A stretch of 64,000 bases of DNA, taken from Actinomycetes bacterium. GTDB lineage: Bacteria; Actinomycetota; Actinomycetes; JAHEKZ01. The DNA is taken from positions 4,422-68,421 of the forward strand of contig JAJAYZ010000038.1 in NCBI GenBank assembly GCA_027118455.1, read 5' to 3'. The notes below the pieces were generated by a model, which saw only the letters and a program-made list of their open reading frames with translations, made no database searches and had not been told where the DNA came from. Below, piece by piece: positions 39,013 through 50,267 of this stretch; the first letter of the stretch is position 1, and each line of letters begins with the position of its first letter. The translations under genes were made by a program, and so were the position numbers.

Positions 39013-40137
39013 ATGAATCGCTTTCATTCCCTGACGTCGGGCCTTTACCGCGGGGAAGTTTCGTTCGACTTCGTAGGTCGTGCCAAGCAGTGGTACATCC
39101 TGTCGGCGGTCATGCTGCTGATCGCGCTCGGTTCATTGGCGGTCAACGGGCTGAAGTTCGGTGTCGAGTTCTCCGGCGGGGCCGTGTTCAGCGTGCCCAG
39201 TGAGAGCTGTGAGATCACGACGGCTCGTGAGGCCGCTGCTGCCGAGGTACCCGAGGGTGACCCGATCGTCACCGAGCTGAACGGCTCGAGCGGACGTCAG
39301 GTCAAGGTGCAGACCGTTGACCTGACCCCAGCCGAGACGGGGGCAGTTAACCAGGCGTTGGCCGATGCCTGCAATGTGCCACTGGAGGATGTGTCTACCC
39401 AAGTCATCGGACCGTCCTGGGGTGAGCAGATCACCCAGAAGGCCTTGACCGGCTTGGTGGTCTTCCTGGTGCTGATCGTCATTTACCTGTCGATCATGTT
39501 CGAGTGGCGGATGGCCATAGGTGCGCTCGTTGCACTGTTCCACGACGTCTTCATCACGGTGGGTATCTACTCGCTGAGCGGGTTCGAGGTGACGCCGGCG
39601 ACGGTGATCGGTGTCCTCACCATCCTTGGGTACTCCCTCTATGACACTGTCGTCGTCTTCGACAAGGTGAAAGAGAACACCCGCGGTATTCAGACGTCGA
39701 GCCGGATGACCTACAGCGAAGCGGCCAACCTCGCCGTCAACCAAACCTTGGTGCGGTCGATCAACACGTCGGTGGTCGGCCTGCTGCCGGTCGCCAGTCT
39801 GCTCTTTGTTGGTGCCTACGTACTCGGTGCCGGGACGCTCAAGGACCTCGCGCTGGCGCTCTTCGTTGGTATCGCGGTCGGAACCTACTCGTCGATCTTC
39901 ATCGCTACCCCCGTGCTGGCCCAGCTCAAAGAGCGCGAGCCGGCCATGGCCGCGCTCGCCAAGCGGGTCAACGCGCGCCGCTCCGGCGGCCGCGACGTCG
40001 CCAAAGGCGCTGGAGATGGTGACGGATCAGGTGACGGATCAGCTGACAGTGTGATGACCGGGGCCGGGTCCGCTGCCGGTTCAGCGACGCGCGGGCCGCG
40101 TAACCAGCCCAAACGCAAAGCCAAGAAGAAGCGCTAG
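39013..40137 (+). CDS. secF: Protein translocase subunit SecF
   Basis: SecF core (..LSIMFEWRMAIGALVALFHDVFITVGIYS..) with an Ala/Gly/Asp-rich C-terminal tail. Confidence 0.92.
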   Translation: MNRFHSLTSGLYRGEVSFDFVGRAKQWYILSAVMLLIALGSLAVNGLKFGVEFSGGAVFSVPSESCEITTAREAAAAEVPEGDPIVTELNGSSGRQVKVQTVDLTPAETGAVNQALADACNVPLEDVSTQVIGPSWGEQITQKALTGLVVFLVLIVIYLSIMFEWRMAIGALVALFHDVFITVGIYSLSGFEVTPATVIGVLTILGYSLYDTVVVFDKVKENTRGIQTSSRMTYSEAANLAVNQTLVRSINTSVVGLLPVASLLFVGAYVLGAGTLKDLALALFVGIAVGTYSSIFIATPVLAQLKEREPAMAALAKRVNARRSGGRDVAKGAGDGDGSGDGSADSVMTGAGSAAGSATRGPRNQPKRKAKKKR

Positions 40138-40202
40138 CGCGTCGTCGGGGCGAGTTTCTTACCGCTGAGCGTTAGACTGCGATTTCGGACGACAACGGGC
40201 GG

Positions 40203-42488
40203 GTGATCGTGACCGACGAGTCGGCAATTGCCGCGGTACGTAGCGAACGCGCCCCAACCCCAAGTCCGGATCAGCCTCAGACGCGCGTGCGAGCAGCGCT
40301 GGCTCGCCTCGGTGGTGGTCACCGAACCAACTACCCCGAGCTCGAACCCGTCTTCCGGTCAGTGCGGGCCGTCCACCCGAAGGCGGACCTCAAAGTCATC
40401 GAACGTGCCTATGAGGTGGCTGAGGACAAGCACCGCACCCAGCTGCGACGCAGCGGTGAGCCTTACATCACGCACCCGCTCGCGGTGACCCAGATTCTCG
40501 CTGACCTGGGCATGACGCCACCAACGCTCTGCGCTGGCCTGCTGCACGACACCGTTGAAGACACCGACTACTCCCTCGACCAGCTGCGCTTGGACTTCGG
40601 TGACGAGATCGCCCTGCTCGTCGACGGGGTCACCAAGCTCGACAAGGTCAAGTACGGCCAGGCCGCCCAGGCCGAGACCACCCGCAAGATGGTCGTCGCC
40701 ATGGCCCGCGACATCCGGGTGCTCGTGATCAAGCTCTGCGACCGGCTGCACAACATGCGCACGCTGCGCTACCTGCCGGAGGCCAAGCAGCAGAGCAAGG
40801 CGAGGGAGACCCTCGAGATCTACGCGCCGCTGGCTCATCGCCTTGGGATGAACGCGATCAAGTGGGAGCTGGAGGACCTCTCGTTCGCCACCCTGTACCC
40901 GAAGGTCTACGAAGAAATCGTCAGCTTGGTCGAGCGGCGTGCCCCCAGCCGCGACCAGTTCCTGTCCGACGTCATCGACGATGTCGACGAGGCGCTGCGC
41001 GAGTCGCGGATCGAGGGCGCCGTGACCGGCCGGCCGAAGCACTACTACAGCGTCTACCAGAAGATGATCGTGCGGGGCCGTGACTTCGCCGACATCTACG
41101 ACCTCGTCGGGCTGCGAGTGCTCGTCGACTCAGTTCGCGACTGCTACGCGGCGCTCGGTGTCATCCATGCACGATGGAACCCCGTTCCTGGGCGTTTCAA
41201 GGACTACATCGCGATGCCCAAGTTCAACATGTACCAGTCACTACACACCACGGTGATCGGCCCAGGTGGCAAGCCGGTAGAGCTGCAAATCCGCACGCAC
41301 GCCATGCACCGTCGAGCCGAGTACGGTGTGGCTGCGCACTGGAAGTACAAGGAGACGGCCGGCGCTGCAACGACGCAGGACGACATGACCTGGCTCCGTC
41401 AGCTGCTCGACTGGCAACAGGAGACCAGCGATCCTGGCGAGTTCCTCGACTCGCTGCGTTTTGAGATCAGCGGCACCGAGGTCTTCGTCTTCACCCCTAA
41501 GGGCGATGTCGTGGCACTGGTGACCGGTGCGACCTCGGTCGACTTCGCCTACGCCGTCCACACCGAGGTCGGCCATCGCACGGTCGGGGCCCGCGTCAAT
41601 GGGCGACTGGTGCCGCTCGACTCGGTCCTGGAGAACGGTGACGTGGTCGAAGTGATCACGTCCAAGGCGCAGGATGCCAGCCCGAGCCAGGACTGGCTCG
41701 GCTTCGTGAAGTCGCCAAGGGCGAGGAACAAGATCCGGGCGTGGTTCTCCAAAGAACGGCGCGAAGAGGCCATCGAGCACGGTAAGGACGCCATCACCAG
41801 GGCGATGCGCAAGCAGGGCCTTCCGATGCAACGGATCTTGAGTGGACCCGCGCTGCTGGCGGTCACCGCCGACTTACGACTCAAGGACATCGACTCGTTG
41901 TATGCGACCGTCGGTGAGGGCCATATCAGCGCGCAGACCGTCCTGCGCCGCCTCGTTGTGGTGCTCGGCGGCGAAGAGGGTGCCACCGAAGACATCGCTG
42001 ATGCGACCGTGGCGACCAAGCCGGCGCGGGTGCGCACGGGAGAGGACCCCGGCGTTGCGGTCAAGGGTGTCGACGATGTCTGGGTCAAGCTCGCGCGCTG
42101 TTGTACGCCAGTTCCGGGCGACTCCATCGTCGGCTTCGTCACCAGGGCGCGCGGTGTTTCGGTGCACCGTAGCAACTGCGTCAACGTCACTGCACTTGCG
42201 GAGAACCGGTTCGTCGACGTCGAGTGGGCGCCGACCTCGTCAAGCGTCTTCTTGGTGTCGATCCAGGTCGAGGCGCTCGACCGTGCGCGGTTGCTCTCCG
42301 ACGTTACCCGGGTGCTCTCCGACCAGCACGTGAACATTCTGAGTGCGTCGGTGACGACCACTCGCGATCGGGTGGCAACGTCGCGCTTCACCTTCGAGAT
42401 GGGCGATACCCGCCATCTGGGTCACGTACTCAATGCGGTGCGCGGGATTGAAGGAGTCTTCGACGCCTACCGGCTCACCAACGCCTGA
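40203..42488 (+). CDS. relA: Bifunctional (p)ppGpp synthetase/hydrolase RelA/SpoT
   Basis: 761 aa. HD hydrolase ([31 protein letters not shown]), synthetase ([22 protein letters not shown]), and TGS and ACT C-terminal domains are all present. Confidence 0.95.
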   Translation: MIVTDESAIAAVRSERAPTPSPDQPQTRVRAALARLGGGHRTNYPELEPVFRSVRAVHPKADLKVIERAYEVAEDKHRTQLRRSGEPYITHPLAVTQILADLGMTPPTLCAGLLHDTVEDTDYSLDQLRLDFGDEIALLVDGVTKLDKVKYGQAAQAETTRKMVVAMARDIRVLVIKLCDRLHNMRTLRYLPEAKQQSKARETLEIYAPLAHRLGMNAIKWELEDLSFATLYPKVYEEIVSLVERRAPSRDQFLSDVIDDVDEALRESRIEGAVTGRPKHYYSVYQKMIVRGRDFADIYDLVGLRVLVDSVRDCYAALGVIHARWNPVPGRFKDYIAMPKFNMYQSLHTTVIGPGGKPVELQIRTHAMHRRAEYGVAAHWKYKETAGAATTQDDMTWLRQLLDWQQETSDPGEFLDSLRFEISGTEVFVFTPKGDVVALVTGATSVDFAYAVHTEVGHRTVGARVNGRLVPLDSVLENGDVVEVITSKAQDASPSQDWLGFVKSPRARNKIRAWFSKERREEAIEHGKDAITRAMRKQGLPMQRILSGPALLAVTADLRLKDIDSLYATVGEGHISAQTVLRRLVVVLGGEEGATEDIADATVATKPARVRTGEDPGVAVKGVDDVWVKLARCCTPVPGDSIVGFVTRARGVSVHRSNCVNVTALAENRFVDVEWAPTSSSVFLVSIQVEALDRARLLSDVTRVLSDQHVNILSASVTTTRDRVATSRFTFEMGDTRHLGHVLNAVRGIEGVFDAYRLTNA

Positions 42489-42494
42489 GCGAGT

Positions 42495-43850
42495 TCATTC
42501 GCTGAACTCGTTCAGAGTGCTCTCAGCTTGAACCAACCACTCCCTCCGTGCGGCGATGGCCGCCTCGGCCTTCTCCACATCGCTGGACTTACCAGCTGCC
42601 ACCCCAGCGTCCCGTTGCTTCTCTAGTTTGAGGATCGACGTGGTCAGCTGTTCGACTGCAGCAGCCGCCCTGGCTCGCGCCTCGGGGTTAGACCGCTTCC
42701 ATTTGGTCTCCTCTGCGCTGCGCAGCGCTTGTTCGACTTGCTGCAACCGACGTTCGATCGCCGGCTTGTCGGCCCTGGGCACGTGGCCGATCTGGGCCCA
42801 CCGATCCTGGATGCTGCGCAGTGAGGTGCGCGCGGCGTTCAGATCGGTGATCGGAACCAGCTTCTCGGCTTCGTCGGCGAGTCCTTTCTTCTTGGCGAGG
42901 TTCTGCAACTGCTCTGCATCGCGCTCGTCGAAGACAGCCGAGCGTGCCGTGAAGAAGGTGTCTTGGGCGGCTTTGAACCGTGGCCACAGCTCTGCTTCGG
43001 CCTCTCGAGTAGCCGGCCCTGCGCTCTTCCAGCGCTCCATCAGCGACCGGAAGGCGGCCGAAGAAGGTCCCCAGTCCTTGCTGGGGGCGAGCCCTTCGGC
43101 CTCCTTGACGATCTTCTCCTTGACCGCCACTGCCTCGCTGCGCTCGCTGTCTCGTGAGGCGAACCAGGCGCGTCGACGCTTCTCGAAGGTGCTTCTGGCG
43201 TGGCTCAGCCGCTTCCAGAGCTCTTGCTCGTACGAACGTTCGGCATGCGGAGCGGTTCGCCACTCTTCGACGACCAGGCGGAAGCGGTCGCCCGATGCCT
43301 TCCACTGGGTGCTCTCGGCGAGCTTCTCGGCCTCGGTCACCAACCCCTCGCGCACCGAGCGCGCCCGCTCGCGGGCTGCTGCGCGCTCGGCCTTGCGCGC
43401 GCCGCGCTGAGCGTCAACCGCGGCGACGAGGTCGTCGAGCCTGCTGCGAAGGGCGGCGAGGTCTCCAACGCAGTGCGGCCTGTCGACCTGGTCGCGGAGC
43501 TTTCCGATGAGCGCCATCACCTCAACCTGTGGCAGCCCGGCGTCACCGAGCCGGTTGTCCAGCAGGTCGATTTCGACGCCGAGTGAGACGTACTTCCGCT
43601 CGTAGAAGCGCACGCCGTCGGCGGGGTCGCCGGCGAGCCATTCGCCGACTTTGAGCTCGTCCTCGGGTCCGTCTGGCGTGCGAACGTACACAGCCCCGGC
43701 GTCGTCAACGCGTCCCCATGGCTGGCTGGACGCGGTGCCGAGGGAAGCAGGGACTCCTGGCGGTGGGCCGGGCCTTGGGATGGGGCGTGGACGCTCAGGT
43801 GGTGGCGCGCTTGCCTGGGGGGTCGCCTGCTCCGGCGGATGCTCGGTCAT
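42495..43850 (-). CDS. DUF349 repeat protein
   Basis: Repeated roughly 75-aa helical units are present (..EQELWKRLSHARSTFEKRRRAWF.., ..EAELWPRFKAAQDTFFTARSAVF..). The N-terminus is Pro-rich. Confidence 0.7.
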   Translation of the reverse strand: MTEHPPEQATPQASAPPPERPRPIPRPGPPPGVPASLGTASSQPWGRVDDAGAVYVRTPDGPEDELKVGEWLAGDPADGVRFYERKYVSLGVEIDLLDNRLGDAGLPQVEVMALIGKLRDQVDRPHCVGDLAALRSRLDDLVAAVDAQRGARKAERAAARERARSVREGLVTEAEKLAESTQWKASGDRFRLVVEEWRTAPHAERSYEQELWKRLSHARSTFEKRRRAWFASRDSERSEAVAVKEKIVKEAEGLAPSKDWGPSSAAFRSLMERWKSAGPATREAEAELWPRFKAAQDTFFTARSAVFDERDAEQLQNLAKKKGLADEAEKLVPITDLNAARTSLRSIQDRWAQIGHVPRADKPAIERRLQQVEQALRSAEETKWKRSNPEARARAAAAVEQLTTSILKLEKQRDAGVAAGKSSDVEKAEAAIAARREWLVQAESTLNEFSE

Positions 43851-44590
43851 GATGTTGGTGTCTCCTGCTGCACCCGAGCCGCCGTGATGGCGATCGGCTT
43901 GGCCGGGGGGCCGTCGGTGGGGTTCGGAGAGTCGGGGGAGACGCCGCCAGCTGCAACCTTCTGCACAACGTCAATTCCCTGGGTCATCTGACCGACGATC
44001 GTGTAGTCCGGGGGCAGCTGGGTGTCCTTGTAGACCAGGAAGAATTGGCTCCCTGCCTCGCCGCCGCTGGGCTCGGCCATCGCCACACTTCCGCGGGGAT
44101 AGGTGGCCAGACCGGTTTGGTCGGCTTGAGGCAGGTTTTCGTCTGCGGTGGTGTAGCCGGGCGTTCCGGTGCCGGCGCGATCCCCGCACTGCAGCACGTA
44201 CAGCGCGTCGGTGGTGAGTCGGTGGCACGCGGTGTTGTCGAAGTAGCCCTGTCCGGCGAGGAAAGCCAACGAGTTGGAGTTGTTCGGTGCCCTCTTCGTG
44301 TCCAAAGCGATGGTGATCGGCCCCTGGTCGGTGTCGAGCACCAGCTCGGCAGGGGCGCCAGCTGGAAGGGTGTTGCCCGCCTGGTCGTACGTGAAGTCGG
44401 CCTGAACAGCGGCATCGTCGGACGTCGTCCACCACAAGAACCAGCCGCCTGCCATGACGAGTGCGACGCCGGCAACCGCTGCGCCGATGACGCGCCGACG
44501 CCGGCGCTTGTCCGTCTTGGAGCGCTGCCGTGCGACATACGCCTCGTGTCGCGCGCGAGCCTTGGCTTTGCGCTGCTGCTGTGTAGCCAC
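43847..44590 (-). CDS. ppiB: Cyclophilin-type peptidyl-prolyl cis-trans isomerase with N-terminal membrane anchor
   Basis: TM VIGAAVAGVALVMAGGWFLWW, then cyclophilin core (FDNTACHRLTTDALYVLQCGD..GSVAMA..QFFLVYKD). It is adjacent to the DUF349 gene as in mycobacteria (Rv2582, from memory). Confidence 0.82.
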   Translation of the reverse strand: MATQQQRKAKARARHEAYVARQRSKTDKRRRRRVIGAAVAGVALVMAGGWFLWWTTSDDAAVQADFTYDQAGNTLPAGAPAELVLDTDQGPITIALDTKRAPNNSNSLAFLAGQGYFDNTACHRLTTDALYVLQCGDRAGTGTPGYTTADENLPQADQTGLATYPRGSVAMAEPSGGEAGSQFFLVYKDTQLPPDYTIVGQMTQGIDVVQKVAAGGVSPDSPNPTDGPPAKPIAITAARVQQETPTS

Positions 44591-44813
44591 CGACGAACCT
44601 CTCTCGACCCGCTGGTGAGCTGCTCGCGCGGCAGGGCCAGGCGGGTGCTGACCGTGCGACGCACCAGTGTAGGTAAGGAACGCGGCCGATGGTGGCGGGG
44701 TGACCGATAGGCTGGGCGCGACGCTGGTCTTCTGCGTGTCGTCCCCTTGTTCTGCCGCTGTTCACACCACCGGGCTCACAGTCCGGGCTCAAGTCCATCG
44801 AGGAGGAAGTTCC

Positions 44814-45563
44814 GTGCTCGTCGCCGGCTTTCCCTCGGCGGTCTTCGCCACCAACGTCTACGTGGTTGCTCCAGGGGCCGGCGAGGAGTGCATCGTGGTC
44901 GACCCTGGCATGGAGGTTGTGCCTGGGCTTGATGACCTGCTTCGTGAGCACCGCCTCAAGGCAGTTGCCGTCCTCTTGACCCACGGGCACCTGGACCACA
45001 CCTTCTCGGTCGTGCCGGTGGCTGGTTCACGGGGCATCCCCGCCTACATCCACCCCGCCGACCGCGAGCTGCTGGTCGACCCGATGAAGGGCATGGGGCG
45101 CGAGTCGGCACAGATGTTCGGTGGTCGGTTGCAGTGGCAGGAGCCGGACGACGTCGCGCTCCTAGACGACGGAGCTGTGATGGCTCTTGCCGGACTCGAG
45201 GTGGCCGTTGACCACGCTCCCGGCCACACTCCTGGCTCGGTGATGTTCCGACTGCCCGGCGCCCCCGATGCTGTGACGGGACTGGACGCGGCACCCACCC
45301 AGACCGTCCTGTCCGGAGACGTTCTCTTCGCCGGTTCGATCGGACGTACCGACCTGCCAGGTGGCTCCCACGAGCAAATGCTCGCGTCACTCCGCGCCAA
45401 GGTGCTGCCGCTCGGCGACGACGTTCTGGTGCTTCCCGGTCACGGTGGTGCTACCACCGTTGGCCGCGAACGTGCCGCCAACCCTTACCTCGCGACCCTT
45501 CAGACTCCTCAGCCGTCCGCCAGTGTGATGAGCGCGCCGCCAGCGCCGAGAAGGGGGCTCTAG
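44814..45563 (+). CDS. MBL-fold metallo-hydrolase (glyoxalase II-like)
   Basis: Metal-binding motif LLTHGHLDHTFSV. GTG at 44814 follows AGGAGG; the ORF track opens at 44700. Confidence 0.8.
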   Translation: MLVAGFPSAVFATNVYVVAPGAGEECIVVDPGMEVVPGLDDLLREHRLKAVAVLLTHGHLDHTFSVVPVAGSRGIPAYIHPADRELLVDPMKGMGRESAQMFGGRLQWQEPDDVALLDDGAVMALAGLEVAVDHAPGHTPGSVMFRLPGAPDAVTGLDAAPTQTVLSGDVLFAGSIGRTDLPGGSHEQMLASLRAKVLPLGDDVLVLPGHGGATTVGRERAANPYLATLQTPQPSASVMSAPPAPRRGL

Positions 45564-45567
45564 CTCG

Positions 45568-46983
45568 ATGGCCAAGATCTCCCCGATCTCGGGGTTCCCT
45601 GAGTTTCTGCCCGCCCAGCGCATCGTCGAACAGCACGTCCTGGACACGGTGCGCCAGATCTTTGAGTTGCACGGCTTCGCATCGTTGGAGACGCGTTCGG
45701 TCGAACCGCTGGAGCAGCTCCTCCGCAAGGGTGAGATCGACAAAGAGGTGTACGTCCTGCGCCGGTTGCACGCCGCTGACGACGAAGTCATCCGTCCGGC
45801 CGACCAGCTGGGCTTGCACTTCGACCTCACCGTGCCCTTGGCCCGCTACGTCCTGCAAAACGCTGGTCATCTCGACTTCCCGCTGCGGCGCTACCAGATC
45901 CAAAAAGTGTGGCGAGGTGAACGGCCCCAGGAAGGTCGCTATCGCGAGTTCACCCAGGCCGACATCGACATCGTCGGGCGCGACACGCTGGCCTTCCACC
46001 ACGAGGTTGAAGTCGCCTTGGTCATGGCTGAAGTCTTTGCGGCGTTGCCCATCCCTGACGCCGTCATCAAGGTCAACAACCGCAAGCTCGCTGAAGGCTT
46101 CTTCCGTGGAGCCGGTGCCACCGACCCTGACGCAGCACTGCGCGCGCTGGACAAGCTTGACAAGATCGGCCCTGAGCGGGTCGCAGCGCTCCTGACCGAC
46201 GAAGCTGGTCTTGACGCAACTGGTGCGCAGTTGTGCCTGCAGTTGGCCCAGATTTCTGGGATCGATGAATCGCTGGGCGTGCGCGTCCACGCATTGGGGG
46301 TTGTGCACCCGCTGTTGAGCCAGGGGCTCGACGAGCTGCTCGCGGTCGTCGCGGGTGCCAACGCACGGCGTCCTGGCGCTGTTGTTGCCGATTTGAAGAT
46401 CGCCCGTGGCCTCGACTACTACACCGGGACCGTTTTCGAGACCGAGTTGGTGGGATACGAATCGCTCGGCTCGATTTGTTCCGGCGGTCGCTACGACGCC
46501 CTCGCCAGTGATGGCCGGGTCACATTCCCCGGTGTGGGGATCTCGCTCGGCGTCTCTCGACTGTTGGTGCCCCTGCTGGCTGAGGGCAGGCTCGTCGCCT
46601 CCCGAGCTGTTCCTACGTGTGTCCTGGTGGCCGTCAGCGAGGAGAGCGAACGAAGGGCGTCAGAGGCGGTGGCCGACGCGCTCCGAGCGCAGGGTATCAA
46701 CACCGAGGTTGCGCCGTCGGCTGCGAAGTTCGGCAAACAGATTCGCCATGCTGACCGGAGGGGTATCCCGTACGTCTGGTTCGTATCGGCCGACGGTTCT
46801 GAGCACTCGGTGAAGGACATCCGATCCGGCGATCAGGTTGCGGCCGATCCGAACGCGTGGAACCCGCCTTCTGGCGACCTTCGTCCTGCCGTCACCATGG
46901 AACCTACCCGTGAGGTCGGCTTGACGACCGCCCCAACAGCCGCCCCAACAGCCGGTCAGGACCCCGAGGAGTCAACGCAGTGA
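45568..46983 (+). CDS. hisS: Histidine--tRNA ligase
   Basis: Class II aaRS motifs ([16 protein letters not shown].., ..GGRYDAL..). 471 aa. Confidence 0.92.
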   Translation: MAKISPISGFPEFLPAQRIVEQHVLDTVRQIFELHGFASLETRSVEPLEQLLRKGEIDKEVYVLRRLHAADDEVIRPADQLGLHFDLTVPLARYVLQNAGHLDFPLRRYQIQKVWRGERPQEGRYREFTQADIDIVGRDTLAFHHEVEVALVMAEVFAALPIPDAVIKVNNRKLAEGFFRGAGATDPDAALRALDKLDKIGPERVAALLTDEAGLDATGAQLCLQLAQISGIDESLGVRVHALGVVHPLLSQGLDELLAVVAGANARRPGAVVADLKIARGLDYYTGTVFETELVGYESLGSICSGGRYDALASDGRVTFPGVGISLGVSRLLVPLLAEGRLVASRAVPTCVLVAVSEESERRASEAVADALRAQGINTEVAPSAAKFGKQIRHADRRGIPYVWFVSADGSEHSVKDIRSGDQVAADPNAWNPPSGDLRPAVTMEPTREVGLTTAPTAAPTAGQDPEESTQ

Positions 46984-48839
46984 TCCGCACTCGTGAGGCA
47001 GGCACGCTCCGCGCTGACGACCTGCGCCAAGAAGTGGTCCTGGCCGGCTGGGTGGCTCGTCGACGTGACCACGGAGGCATCGCCTTCATCGACCTGCGGG
47101 ACGCCTCCGGCGTGGTGCAGGTGGTGATCCGGGATGCGGCGATCGCCGACGAGTTGCGGTCGGAGTTCTGCATCAAGGTGGTCGGTGAGGTTGCTCGGCG
47201 CCCCGAGGGCAACGAGAACCCCGAGCTGCCGACCGGCGAGGTCGAGGTGCTCACCACCGAGATCGAGATCCTGAGCACCAGCGATCCGTTGCCCTTCCCC
47301 ATCGACGAGCACCTCTCGGTCGGTGAGGACGCCAGGCTGCGCCACCGCTATCTCGACCTGCGTCGCGAGGGTCCGGGGCGGGCAATCCGGCTCCGCAGCC
47401 GCGTCAACCGCATCGCTCGCGACACCCTGTACGCCCATAATTTCATCGAGATCGAGACACCAACGCTGACCCAGTCGACACCAGAAGGGGCGCGAGACTT
47501 CCTCGTCCCGGCGCGGCTGCAACCGGGCAGCTGGTACGCGCTGCCCCAGAGTCCCCAGCTGTTCAAACAGCTCTTGATGGTGGCCGGAATGGAGCGCTAC
47601 TTCCAGATTGCGCGCTGCTACCGCGACGAGGACTTCCGGGCTGACCGTCAGCCTGAGTTTACCCAGCTCGACATCGAGATGAGCTTCGTCGACCAGGGCG
47701 ACGTGATCGCCGTTGGTGAGGCTGTCATCAGTGCCGTGTGGAGCGAGATCGGGCATGCGATCTCGCTCCCCATCCCGCACCTGACGTACTCCGACGCCAT
47801 GGCTCGGTTCGGAACTGACAAGCCTGACCTCCGATTCGGTCAGCAGCTCACTGAGTGCACGCACTACTTCGCTGACACATCGTTTCGGGTGTTCCAAGCG
47901 CCCTACGTTGGCGCTGTGGTGATGCCAGGTGGAGCGTCGCAATCCCGCAAACAGCTCGACGCCTGGCAAGACTGGGCGAAGCAACGGGGGGCAAAGGGGC
48001 TCGCCTATGTGCTGGTCGGGAACGACACAGAACTCAGCGGTCCGGTGGCCAAGAACCTGAGCGAGGCTGAGCGATCGGGTATTGCCGAGCGGGTCGGTGC
48101 CTCGCCGGGCGACTGCATCTTCTTCGCTGCCGGTGAAGCCGTGTCGGCCCGGGCGTTGCTGGGAGCTGCTCGCTCAGAGATTGGACGACGTTGCGACCTG
48201 ATTGATACCTCGGCATGGACGTTCGTGTGGGTCGTTGATGCGCCGCTCTTTGAGGCGTCGTCCAAAGCGGCCCAGAGCGGCGATGTGGCGGTCGGCGCTG
48301 GCGAGTGGACTGCGGTCCACCACGCCTTCACGTCACCGAAGCCTGAGTGGATCGATCGCTTCGAAGACAACCCGGGCGACGCGCTCTCTGATGCCTACGA
48401 CCTGGTGTGCAACGGAAACGAGATCGGTGGCGGATCCATCCGTATCCATCGACGGGACGTGCAGCAACAGATCTTCGCCATGATGGGGCTCTCTGCAGAG
48501 GAACAGCAGGAAAAGTTCGGCTTTCTGCTGGATGCGTTTGCCTTCGGCGCGCCGCCGCACGGCGGCATCGCCTTCGGATGGGACCGGGTGTGCGCGTTGT
48601 TGTCGGGGAGCGAGTCCATCCGCGACGTCATCGCCTTCCCCAAGACGGCGTCTGGTGGCGACCCACTGACCGGGGCCCCCACGCCGATCACCGACGCCCA
48701 GCGTGCGGAGGCAGGCGTCGACTTCGTCCCAGAGTCCAGCGCCCCAGGGTCCAGCGCCCCAGAGTCCAGCGCCCCGGTGCCGAGCATCTCGTTGGGAGAC
48801 ACCGAAGGTGTTGCCCAACGGGACACCAGGCTGGCCTGA
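46980..48839 (+). CDS. aspS: Aspartate--tRNA ligase
   Basis: OB anticodon-binding N-terminus ([20 protein letters not shown]) and class II core ([29 protein letters not shown]). The GTG start overlaps the hisS stop. The C-terminus carries a 3 x SSAPx repeat. Confidence 0.95.
   Translation: MIRTREAGTLRADDLRQEVVLAGWVARRRDHGGIAFIDLRDASGVVQVVIRDAAIADELRSEFCIKVVGEVARRPEGNENPELPTGEVEVLTTEIEILSTSDPLPFPIDEHLSVGEDARLRHRYLDLRREGPGRAIRLRSRVNRIARDTLYAHNFIEIETPTLTQSTPEGARDFLVPARLQPGSWYALPQSPQLFKQLLMVAGMERYFQIARCYRDEDFRADRQPEFTQLDIEMSFVDQGDVIAVGEAVISAVWSEIGHAISLPIPHLTYSDAMARFGTDKPDLRFGQQLTECTHYFADTSFRVFQAPYVGAVVMPGGASQSRKQLDAWQDWAKQRGAKGLAYVLVGNDTELSGPVAKNLSEAERSGIAERVGASPGDCIFFAAGEAVSARALLGAARSEIGRRCDLIDTSAWTFVWVVDAPLFEASSKAAQSGDVAVGAGEWTAVHHAFTSPKPEWIDRFEDNPGDALSDAYDLVCNGNEIGGGSIRIHRRDVQQQIFAMMGLSAEEQQEKFGFLLDAFAFGAPPHGGIAFGWDRVCALLSGSESIRDVIAFPKTASGGDPLTGAPTPITDAQRAEAGVDFVPESSAPGSSAPESSAPVPSISLGDTEGVAQRDTRLA
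48731..48775. repeat. 3 x 15-bp in-frame tandem repeat (AGAGTCCAGCGCCCC) at the AspS C-terminus
   Basis: Seen directly in sequence; it encodes [15 protein letters not shown]. Confidence 0.8.
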
Positions 48840-48849
48840 GCGGCAGCCC

Positions 48850-50199
48850 ATGACTGGCCCCGATCTCTTCGAGTCCGCCGTGGAGGATCGCGGGGGCGGA
48901 CCGCTCGCGGCTCGCATGCGCCCACAGTCCCTTGAGGAGCTGGTCGGTCAACAGCATCTGCTGGCACCCCGGTCGCCCTTGCGTCGCCTGGTTGAGGGCG
49001 ACGCGGGGGTGGCCTCGCTGATCTTGTTCGGACCGCCCGGCACCGGCAAGACCACCATTGCGCACTTGGTCAGCCGGGCCACCGGTCGCCAGTTCGCCGA
49101 GCTGTCGGCCGTAACCGCTGGCGTCAAGGATGTCCGTGCGGTCGTTGAGCAAGCGCGCCGGCGACTCGGCATGGGGGAGTCCGAGACGGTGCTCTTCGTT
49201 GACGAGGTGCACCGGTTCTCCAAGACGCAGCAGGACGCCTTGCTACCGGCGGTCGAGAACGGATGGGTAGTGCTGGTCGCCGCCACGACGGAGAACCCGC
49301 ACTTCGCGCTCATATCGCCGTTGCTGTCGCGCTCGTTGCTGGTCACTCTGCATCCGCTCGATGCAGATGCGCTCGAGGCGGTGGTGCGCCGGGCAGTGGT
49401 TGATGAACGCGGCCTGGCTGGCAGCGTGACGGTTGAGGACGAAGCAGTGGCTGCGATTGTGCGACTGGCTGGTGGGGATGCACGTAAGGCGCTCACGGTC
49501 TTGGACGCTGCTGCTGGCGCAGCGAGCCCAGTGAGCGAGGGGGTTCCAGCTGTCAACGTTGATGACGTCGCCCGCGCTGTTGACAAGGCGGCGGTGCGTT
49601 ACGACCGTGATGGCGACCAGCACTACGACGTCGCCAGTGCGCTGATCAAGAGCATCAGAGGGAGCGACGTCGACGCCGCGCTCCACTACCTCGCCCGGAT
49701 GATCGAGGCGGGGGAGGACCCCCGGTTCATTGCCAGGCGCTTGGTGATCCACGCCAGTGAAGACGTCGGGATGGCCGATCCCTCGGCGTTGCAGTCGGCG
49801 GTGGCGGCGCTCCAGGCATCGGCGTTCGTCGGCCTGCCGGAAGCGCGAATCCCGCTGGCCCAAGCGGTGATCCACTTGGCGACTGCACCGAAATCCAACG
49901 CCGTGGTGGTGGCCATTGACGCTGCCATTGCCGACCTGAGGGAAGGTGCGATCGGCACTGTGCCGCCTCACCTGCGCGACGGCCACTACCCAGGGGCCAA
50001 GGGGCTCGGCGTCACCGGTTACCGGTACCCCCACGACGACCCCCGCGGCGTCCTACCCCAGCAGTACGCGCCGGATGCGGTGCATGGCCACCGCTACTAC
50101 GAACCGTCCGCGCACGGATTCGAGCAGACCGTTTCGGCCCGGCTGGAGCGGATCCGCGAGATTCTGGACGACTCAGCTGGGCCAGACCGCGCGGAGTAA
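48850..50199 (+). CDS. rarA: Replication-associated recombination protein A (AAA+ ATPase RarA/MgsA)
   Basis: Walker [16 protein letters not shown], Walker [11 protein letters not shown] and the MgsA C-terminal helical domain are present. ATG at 48850; the ORF track opens at 48703, overlapping aspS. Confidence 0.9.
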   Translation: MTGPDLFESAVEDRGGGPLAARMRPQSLEELVGQQHLLAPRSPLRRLVEGDAGVASLILFGPPGTGKTTIAHLVSRATGRQFAELSAVTAGVKDVRAVVEQARRRLGMGESETVLFVDEVHRFSKTQQDALLPAVENGWVVLVAATTENPHFALISPLLSRSLLVTLHPLDADALEAVVRRAVVDERGLAGSVTVEDEAVAAIVRLAGGDARKALTVLDAAAGAASPVSEGVPAVNVDDVARAVDKAAVRYDRDGDQHYDVASALIKSIRGSDVDAALHYLARMIEAGEDPRFIARRLVIHASEDVGMADPSALQSAVAALQASAFVGLPEARIPLAQAVIHLATAPKSNAVVVAIDAAIADLREGAIGTVPPHLRDGHYPGAKGLGVTGYRYPHDDPRGVLPQQYAPDAVHGHRYYEPSAHGFEQTVSARLERIREILDDSAGPDRAE

Positions 50200-50267
50200 C
50201 GGAGTCCGCGAGCCCCTTCGATAGGCTGAACTTTCAACCACCAGACCGTCACGAGGAGCAGCCCCGC

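Noticed and set aside
49243-50034. 263-aa minus-strand ORF
   Set aside because: It is antisense within rarA.
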